A stretch of 64,000 nucleotides of DNA, taken from NCBI GenBank assembly GCA_977030845.1, contig OZ365109.1, positions 43,524,001-43,588,000 on the forward strand, written 5' to 3'. Each line of letters begins with the position of its first letter. Position 1 is the stretch's first letter. Origin of the DNA: Fimbriosthenelais zetlandica. Its lineage: Eukaryota. Below are positions 1 to 64,000 of this stretch, in pieces. The notes under the pieces were generated by a model, which was not told the DNA's origin, did no database searches, and saw only the letters and a program-made list of their open reading frames with translations. The translations under genes and the position numbers were made by a program.

Positions 1-1844
1 TTGTAATTTTTTGGGACCCATGAGGATGTAGAATAAGATGAATGGTATGTAGTGTAAAGATACATGATGGACTATAAGTTGACCTACATATTTGACCTTT
101 GACCTAATTAGTTACATGGAATTAGGTCAGGGGTATGAAATCACTTAAATGCTATTTCGGCCAGATTAAAAATATTCAAGAGTGATTACACTTGTTGACC
201 TGTTGATATCTATATCGCATTATGCATTCCACTCATAAGTTGATTTGTTATGAATTTTTTAATATTTTCAATTTTGGTCAATATTTTCATGTTTTTTTCA
301 CTCTGGCAAGTTTATTTTTAAAGATAGAGCTTAGTATGCATTAGACAAAAAGAAGCACAAAAATAGACCTTTGCATACATATGTATTGCATTATGCAGTC
401 CAGTAATTTTTTCTATTTATATATTTCAATACACAAAATTTAAGACAAAGATCTTTGTCACTTGGAGGGGATCAAGGTAGCACCTGCAGCAGCCCTCCAC
501 CCTCCACTGGCCACTTGGAGGGGGGTCAGGATTATTGGAGAGAGACTTGCTTAAGTCTTTCTTTCATTAATCCTATTTTTTATTTGAACTGTTCAGTGAA
601 TAACTCTGCTGGTCAATCATAACAATGGCCTCTATTTAATGAGAAGATTGATTGCAAAATGAAATGTTCAGCTTCTTTTGAATGAAAGAAATGAAACATC
701 TCTGGTAATTGAAGCATTTGAGTCCACATGTAACAGAGAAACTTATATGCCTCTCCTGGCACTGAGAGAATTAAGTTAAGTATAAGATAGAGAATATCTG
801 AATCTACAATTTGTAATACCTATCCAGAGTTTAGTTTTGTTCTCTCATATTTAAAAACATTAGCCTGAAATTGATTACTTTGACACAATAAGTGATTATC
901 TAAAAGAATAAAGAATAAATATAGCCAAGGGGTTTGTGGTCAAGTCTAGGGGGGAGACTCTAACTGGTGGTGAGTGGGTGGGTGTATGCTTAGAGGTGTC
1001 GCCGTTGCCATGGTAGCAGGTTGGCTGGGTGGGTGCAGGACTGGAGGATTAGAAGGGCCATGTTTTGACAGTAATTAAGTAGGTCTAGTAGAACTTCCTT
1101 GCTTAGAGACAAGAGTGTAGAAAGAATTTTGAAAATGTTCACTTTACACATAGTGGAATAGGAATTACTAAAAGATGGATTTAGGTGTGGAGTTGGTGTC
1201 TATGGGAATAGAACTAAAGATTTACTTTGGAAAGCACTTAGTCCTTGCCTGAGGAATTATGTCAAAAAGTTAATTTTGAAATATTTAAATTTCAAAGTTT
1301 ATTTTAACATAGAGTAACAGGCATTAAGAAACGATGGATTTATATATTAATTTTTTAGGTTTTTAAGGTTTTAAGTAGGTCTTTTGGTACTCATCTATGA
1401 TTTTCAGTCTGCCTCTCAATACACATCTTTCTCTCACAGAGGGTCTTTGTTATGTACACAGGTTTTAGGCTGATTGTAATTGGCGAACTGGACAGGAGGT
1501 AGATAAAAGCCTTCAGTCTATTCCTATGAATTAATTCTATAATTCTATTCTATATGAATCATCAGAATTCTTGGTAATGCAACTGAATACTTGATCTCTA
1601 AAGATAAACGCTGCCTGATTTAACGAGGTTTATCATTGAGATGTGAGGATGTCTAGTAAAACTCTCCTGGGTATGTCATGATGATATTATAATGGCTTAG
1701 TGGAGTTTTAAAGCTTAGTCTGGCAGGGGAAATGGGATTATTAATGATTACTGGTAACATTATGGCTAGTTATAAACGTAGTTATTCAGCCTTGAACTGG
1801 GCAGGGTGTAATGAAGTGACCTGAGAGCTTCAGAGAAGGTGGAA

Positions 1845-1912
1845 GTCAGGTAGTCTAGAGGTAACACTCTGGCATTGGACGCAGGGGACCGGGGTTCGAT
1901 TCATCGTCTTGT
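1845..1912 (+). pseudogene. Decayed tRNA-like sequence (tRNA pseudogene or tRNA-derived SINE head)
   Basis: A-box-like TAGTCTAGAGG (1851-1861) and B box GGTTCGATTC (1893-1902) at tRNA spacing. The acceptor and T stems pair poorly. The middle resembles Gln or Pro tRNAs. Confidence 0.55.
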
Positions 1913-2351
1913 AAATTACTTTTCGTCGCTATACATTTCTACGGCTGAGCAGTATTGATTTGGGGTTTGTTTATTTTCCGTTTGAGTTGCCGAGGTGAGT
2001 TGGGTGGCGGTGGGGAGGCAAGTCCGATGCATTTATCCTAGATGAGTTAGTAGTAGGCCCCCTATTGATTGATGTTGGGGGTTGGAAATATGAAAATCAT
2101 AATGTTATATTGTGTATCTTTACAGACAGTGGTCAATCATACTGCCATCAAATGGTCGATAACCCGCTTCCCTCAAGGCCCAGGGGCTGCCATGGGTTGG
2201 TCTACTGGTCAGGTGCACTGACCAACTGTCCCACAATGCATCAGAAACGCAGCTCGCTGATGCCCCCAAGAAACCGGATGCCTTTTAAAATTTAATTATG
2301 TAAAAACAAGCTGCATCTCATACTTTCTCGGGCCAAGTGCAAAAGGGAATG

Positions 2352-2357
2352 AAAAAA
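2352..2357 (-). terminator. RNA polymerase III terminator (T6) of tRNA-Asp
   Basis: Six T residues on the minus strand, starting 6 nt after the tRNA 3' end. Confidence 0.85.
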
Positions 2358-2362
2358 GTAAC

Positions 2363-2434
2363 CTCCCCGACGGGGAATTGAACCCCGGTCTCCCGCGTGA
2401 CAGGCGGGGATACTAACCACTATACTATCGAGGA
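2363..2434 (-). tRNA. tRNA-Asp (anticodon GTC), intronless, 72 nt
   Basis: Reverse complement is TCCTCGATAGTATAGTGGTTAGTATCCCCGCCTGTCACGCGGGAGACCGGGGTTCAATTCCCCGTCGGGGAG, the canonical eukaryotic tRNA-Asp sequence with A and B boxes and intact stems. Confidence 0.97.
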
Positions 2435-5400
2435 CTGGCCTGATGCAAGTAGTAGCACATCTGACCAGGTGAAGAAACATGATTAATTGAGAACTCTCTG
2501 CTATTTTGGAACAACTGGGAAATAAGTTCAATATCGTAAAAAAGTTTATTTCCTTTACAGAATGATTACATGCATTACAACCTTGGCAGCTATCTGTGAT
2601 TTAATACGAGGAAATAATAATCATCATAGCAGTGATGCATATCTTATAGTGAACATTTAGACTAAACACAGGCAGTATTAGATAAGTTAGTCTATACATA
2701 CCTTAGAGACATTTTATTGACTGAATTATATCTTTTTTCGTCAGTATCTCCTCAATGATACTTCACTATATCCACATAATATGGTAAATGCTATTCTGTT
2801 GACTGTTGCAACTCAGATCTGACAAGATGTTAAAATGAGACATTTATAATATGTACAATGTTTAAGGCAAAAAAGAAGGGTCAAATACAAAACTCATATA
2901 TAATTATAAGCACTTTCCCTATATATATCCAGTGTGATACATGTCCATATCATATCCGGCCTGATATAACAATATCATCCTTTATAGTGTGGTATCATTT
3001 CATGATTTCCAGTTTGATACAGCAACATCATATTAACCTCGTTACATACACTGACGGTTTCGATCAGGAATGAGGGGAATTGACCTGAAATATGTATCCA
3101 AACCAAACTAAGCACATGACATCGCATCTCCTCTCGTCAACCACCACATTTAGTTCATAAACAACACACTTAATTGTCAAAACGATTTGACTATGTTCCG
3201 AGACATTCGCTCCTCGCTAAATTATCCATTGGTCAAGACATTATACATTATTAAATGCAAATATACACGATACAACATAAATAAATAATTATCATGGTAG
3301 AGGCGTCCACAGGGACAAATATATTAGTCTATGAGTGCCAATAAGACTTATGCAATGAAAATGATACATATCATCTAACAAATTTTCCATGGAAACAAAG
3401 GATTTCAAAAATGCACAAAATTACCATGTAGCAATAGTTTAAGCCAATATTTAATTAATTGTATATAACCCCACCCCACGTAAAATTCCCCGAAACATGT
3501 TCTTTTAAGATAAAAATATAAACAGCAATTAAATGAAAAATTACACTTATGTAGCATAAATTAATATTAACAATAAATGCCATGTGACTGCATGAGCATG
3601 ATTCAATATCTTATGAATGATCAGTCGCATCCGGGTACTTATCAACGTGAATAAGTATACATAGTATAATCAGTATAATTATAAAGGCTTCGTGAAGGCT
3701 CAATAATAACCTTCAATATCAAGCTGTATGCACTAACCTTCAATATCAATGTGTATAATATTTAGATAAAGATGAGTATACTTAACATTACTCGTACATA
3801 AAATACTTACAACTTATAGTTTACAAAGACCAAACTATGGCATGTCAAACAAATATGTGGCAAATGCCCACGTGCATGTAACTGGCATCAATTATGACTG
3901 GCATTGCATAATCTATGACTGGCATTATTAACGTTTATCCATCATATAGTTGGCATAATCATATTCATGACTGCAACTATGGCCTGTTAATATCATAAAT
4001 TCTAGTTGACATTTTCCGAAACGAAAAGAACAGTATTATTTCCAAACATATTCACTGATTTGATGTCAGTTTCTGACATTTGATGTGACGAACTGTTTAA
4101 AAAAGATGTCTTGTCTTTGAGGTTATAAATTCTTCATTCTTTTTGTGAGCAATTGACACTTGTCCAACTCAGTCGGTAAGTACTCTGAACTCTTCATAGG
4201 TAGGCATACCATTGGGTTGAAACCATAAGTGGATTTTGTTCCAGAGAATTAAATATAATCCCATCACTATTCAGCCGTTTTTACATGCAAAGGCACACTC
4301 CACATTACAATCTATAGGCGGTTGATATGTACCTTCTGTTAAATTATTTTAAGTTTTACATTTAAATTTAAGATTTACAAACATCTTTTTTATATATATA
4401 ATATATAACAAATCATGGAACTACAGGGAGGACATTCTATGGAATATTACTTCTGTAATAATTTCTTTCGAAAAGTAAAATTGTAGTAAACCTCATTAAT
4501 AATTTAACATTTCAGATTTCTATTGGTTTGTACACATCCCATTTGGATGAGCTTTAGACAGGAATATATAAATAGGGAGTAATGTCTACTATATTATGTT
4601 TTAACTTATTCAGCAGCTCTCTGTGTAATGGCCCTCTACAGTGACCACAATCATCCCTATACTGACTATGTGTTGACAGTTTTATAACGGATTTGATTTA
4701 TAATTGATTTTTAAACATCGAATCAAACCAGTCTTGCGCTATGAATGAAATATGTAGGTGATGTGTAGTTCAGAGTTAATCTAACTAACAAAGAACTAGA
4801 AATTACCACGGTCTAAAACATCAACGGAGAAGAATTTTTAACTAAAATCCTGGTGTATATATTATGATTATTATCTCCTTATATCTATACAATAAATGAG
4901 ATCAATAATATATTGGCAAGTCATTTTAGATCCCAATGAAAAACCTGCATTTTCCTTATTACTAATCGTTCACCAAATCAAGAAATCAGAGCATCGCAAT
5001 TCCTCAGAAATAGTGCAAAAATAATGCACAATGTAAAATGATATTGGTGCTAACAGTTTGAATATTATAAAGAGATGACAAAAGTTCTGGGCGCCTTAAT
5101 AATTTTCTGAGTAAAAGTACTTGTATCTTATCTGCAAATTGGACCCATGTCTCTTCCGTGTATTTATAATCAGTGGCGATCAACCCATTGTGAGTGGCGA
5201 ACGATAAACTGGATCATCTGTAATCATTATGACTAAAGGTAATGGGAGTGGGCCATTCAGCTGTATGACAATCCTCCATATACAGGCTCATTGCACAACC
5301 ATGCTTTAGCCGATGTTTGTGCAATGAGCTTTGGGTAATGAATTACATCACTCTCGAGTAACTCTTGTAGCAAACAATGTATTATCGTATCCACCCTCTG

Positions 5401-5708
5401 ATTTTACAATGTTCAGAGGAGCATGTTCTGTAAACACATACAAAATACTGCGCAGTCCTAAGGAATGCTTGAGAATATCTCTGTTGCAGTGCACGAGATG
5501 GAGAACGGAGATAGCCGTAAGACTTTCAATTAGTACAGCCTTGACACCGAGGAACTTGATCAACTACTACGACATTGATGGATGATTGATTGGTTGAATG
5601 ATTGGTTGACTGATTGATTCGTCTCGATAGCAGGGTTTGAGATTGCGCCCTCTTCGCTCTCCGTTCAAACCTTCATACTAAGTTCACAACTCTCTGAAGT
5701 TTTAATGT

Positions 5709-60621
<54,913 letters not shown>

Positions 60622-61160
60622 CTTGCCGTGTGTCTATTAACAGTGAGCTACTCTTCAATAGTAAATACTCCCACTCGACCTGCTCCGATGAAACTAGGTA
60701 CAGGATAACTTTTCCTCCACCTGTCTCTGTCTCTATCCCTGAATTTAATCCTTGAAGGGATGGGTATAAATTGACAGGAAGGAAATTGGATTTATTTTTT
60801 TGCTGTCGTTTCTCTTGTATCTTTTCCTCAGAGTCGATCTGCCGAGCAGTGCCCAGGAGAGAGTGGGTCAGGGTTGGATTTTGTTGGAGCAGCTCTGTAC
60901 ACCTATAAGAGCCTTTTACAAGCCTGGCACACCCAACGAGGCCATCAAACAGTCGCAGGCGCCGATTCCATGCGCTGATATCAATTAGTCCACTCAGGGA
61001 AGAGGGTGGACTGCTCTAGGGAGATGAAGATGAAGAAGATGAAAAAGAAGGAGACTGATTCCAGAGCGCCAGATAGCAACTTTATCTGCTCCAGAAATAC
61101 GCCCTCGATCTCTTTCCTCCCACTCTAATCGCTGATGCTGCTCGTCTTGCGGTGTCCAAT
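60622..61160 (-). other. Probable 5' UTR part of the first coding exon
   Basis: Pyrimidine-rich acceptor tttctcttatctttctgcag at 61161+. Only two ATGs in 539 nt before the start codon. Implies an upstream non-coding exon that I could not locate. Confidence 0.45.
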
Positions 61161-61458
61161 CTGCAGAAAGATAAGAGAAAGCTATTAGATAAAAAGAGAC
61201 TAGACATTTACATTTGGTCATCTGACTAGAGCTGAGGCAAGTTGAAGGAGGGTATATAATTTCAATCGATATTAGATTGGTCACAAGTGTATCTAGTATT
61301 CAGAAGAGCCTTGGTTGCGGTAAATGAAAAAAACATATTGGAGCACATTGCTCAAGTCGTTTCTGGCCCATTGACCAGACATGTCGCATTTAAAAATTCA
61401 GGCCTGAAATTATTCTGATGGAATTGAAATGAAGTGGAACTAACTGCTGAGAAAATGT

Positions 61459-61558
61459 CATGGACACAAAATCCCTTGATTTTCAGTATTTTCTCCTGGT
61501 GATTTCAACATGGACACAAAATCCCTCGATTTTCAGTATTTTTTCCTGGTGATTTCCA
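61459..61558. repeat. 50-bp tandem duplication
   Basis: catggacacaaaatccct.gattttcagtatttt.tcctggtgatttc.a x2. Confidence 0.92.
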
Positions 61559-63059
61559 TTAATTTTCAATCTTTGATTATCTATTTTTTCATATGAATTC
61601 CCCCATTTTTCCCGGACTTAAAAAAGTATTTTCCAGGATGGCTGGGATCCCCGAGAAGCAATGAAAAGTAAACAGTGAGTTGATTTCCAATGTGTGGAGG
61701 TTAATATCACACACAGGTGGTGCATAAAAATGCTCACATTTGGAGGTACTCGAGAGGAACACCTGGAAGCGAGGAAGTTTTTGGACGCATGGTCCTCGTT
61801 AAGTGCGATTAACGATAAACATGGTTTATACATCGATCAAATGGTCTAGTTAGTGTTAGTCTTTAACAACTCCATACATTATAATCTATACAAGCATCTG
61901 GTGGCGAGGTGAATTGTATGTTTTTATAAAAGCATTATAATTGGCATCCAAATATAAACAGGTAGTGGCATCAACTCATTGGTCACTCGAGTTTCTAGGT
62001 TTCATTGTTAGTATATTGTTAAACATCCAGTCAGCAATTTTTCAGTAATTTCAGTTCGAGGGGAACACACTGTTGGTACACATTGTACGATTTCTCGAAA
62101 TGCAGCAATGGTTCTTTTGCATGCCTCTCACCAGACAGAAGACATGGCTGGTCTTTGATATCCCAGTTAAGAACACTGAGTGGACATTCATAATTTCAGC
62201 ATAAAAAGGAAATTGGACTCCTCCTCAGCAATTTAAATATTACTACAAATGAGACACTCTTTCCTGGTACCCAGAATATTTCAAAATAAGGTATTTCCCC
62301 GTAGGAAGTACTGGAGTATAGGATGTTAGAGGGAGGATCTTGTATGTCATGTTTTGTATGTTTTGTGTTGTCAGTCTCCTCTCGGTCCTGGAACTGCTTA
62401 GATTAAAGGTCACATTCGGTCCGGGAGGAATGCATCCAGGCTCTATTCGAGATGAAAGACCTTTTCGTGAGAAATTCTCCCAACAACCGGAAGTGGACCT
62501 CACCTGGAGAAAGTGAGGAGGAGATATATACAAATGTATACTCGGTGGAGGAATATTTAGCAGTGGAAATCAGGGATTAATTGTTTCCAGATCCGGGAAT
62601 TAATGGGCAAGTACAGGGTGATATAATGGGAACCTCATAATTCTGTGTTCTTGGGATAGGAACCAAAGGTAGTGCCAAAGGAGGACACATCTTATTAGCA
62701 TAATTTTACTAATTGTATGCATACAAGATGCACTGGTTACACAAATGGACGTTTGTGACCCAAAGGTGGGAACATAATAATGATAAAAAAGTATACATGT
62801 ATACATACATGTACATTAGAATATTCTGACATACAGAAATCTTCCATATCATATGTTCACATTAATTATCTTTGCTGCTAGCCAACACTGATCTGTTGAT
62901 AGCTGACATTTGACATTTATAGATGACACCTAAACCAACTGATCGTGGGATTAAAGGGATATGTTTAGAAGCTTAGTCTTGGGATTATCGAGTAATGGGG
63001 CAGGATAATCAGGTAAAGCGATGTGATTAGGTTATTTTCTTACAAGTACTGTTGGGGCG

Positions 63060-63660
63060 GGTATAAGAGGTGTGTGTGTGTGGGGGGGGGGGGATGGTGG
63101 GTGGAGGGGGTGGTGGGGGTGAGCACATGGCTTGTATCTCCAGGGGGTATTGTGCCAGCTGCTCTATTACCAACACACATACAGACACACGCACAGCCTG
63201 GGATCGGACAAGTCAGGGCACCCTACATCCAGGTGGTGTTTCATCTTATCCACTGTCTCTCCAATCCCCCTCCTCCTTCTCATCCTCTTCCTATATCTAC
63301 AAGCCCCAATAACCAGGATGTGGAGGAGCAGGAGCACCTGTTTCTCTCTCTCTCTCTCTCCATACCACCACTCTCAACCCCCAATACGTCTCACCTTGTA
63401 CTCTCTCCATCTTCCCAATCTTTCTCGCTCCCTCCCTCTCTGCCTGTCTTCCCCTCTCTCTCACATCTGTCACCCTTCCTCTCTTCCCCTTTTCCCTACT
63501 CTTTCTCTCCCTCGCCCTTTTCCTCTCTCCATCTCCCTCACAATTTTTGCTACCTCACTCATCTGCCCTCTCTCTCACCCACTTGTCTCCCCTTCTCTAC
63601 CCCTACCCCTCCCCCCCCCCCTCTTTTCACTACTCTCTCACTATCTCCCATCAGATTCTT
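63060..63660 (+). repeat. G-rich run followed by a long CT-rich tract
   Basis: Directly visible low-complexity sequence. Confidence 0.8.
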
Positions 63661-64000
63661 CCTAGAGGAGCTTTTTTAAAAAAAACATAGGAGGCAAGGT
63701 GGATCCAACTTTTATTTCATCCTAAAAGTCACCATATGCGTGTCATTGCATGAAAACTAAAATATTTTGAAGGCCTAAGCAAGCCATACCTCTCAGCACC
63801 TTCTACCTGAAAAACATTGATATCTCAACCAATACATACACATGTATATATCCACAGAACACCCATGGAGGCAAAACATATAAAACCTCGGGGATACACC
63901 CCATACAAATCAAAAGGGGGACAAGAAATCAAGATTTTCAGCCCATCGCACCGAGGGTTTAAAAGACGGCAGGCCTATCCTAGATCAGAACACAGGTAGA

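Noticed and set aside
930-1870. Possible decayed periodic copies of an AGTCTAG..ACTCT motif
   Set aside because: Similarity is too short and irregular to distinguish from chance.
5348-5563. 71-aa ORF downstream of the B stop
   Set aside because: TTG start, no recognisable homology or splice context; probably 3' UTR.
63023-63679. 218-aa and 177-aa ORFs at the window end
   Set aside because: Products of G-rich and CT-rich low-complexity tracts.

Overview
AT-rich animal (invertebrate) genomic DNA, not prokaryotic. Almost the whole window (60621 to 5709, minus strand) is one intron-rich secreted class-2 semaphorin gene (Sema-2a-like: signal peptide, Sema, PSI, Ig, Cys-rich tail). I assembled it by hand from 23 GT-AG exons with consistent reading phases. 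The main result is that 13 shared exons encode the signal peptide and Sema propeller (473 aa) and are followed by TWO complete, intact but diverged five-exon C-terminal cassettes. Cassette A spans 13049-9842 and cassette B spans 7372-5709. Their first four exons have identical sizes (149/62/252/101 nt) and phases, and each cassette has its own stop codon. One Sema head can therefore be joined to alternative PSI-Ig-tail modules (683 aa and 681 aa). In-frame chimeric and tandem PSI-Ig-PSI-Ig products are also possible. The window also holds an intact tRNA-Asp(GTC), a decayed tRNA-like or SINE head, several minisatellites and microsatellites, MITE-like or foldback inverted repeats, and long G-, GA- and CT-rich tracts in two very large introns. 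There is no CRISPR array and no recognisable autonomous transposon. The other ORF-track entries I examined are low-complexity or chance ORFs. Homology statements rest on remembered family motifs, not on database searches.
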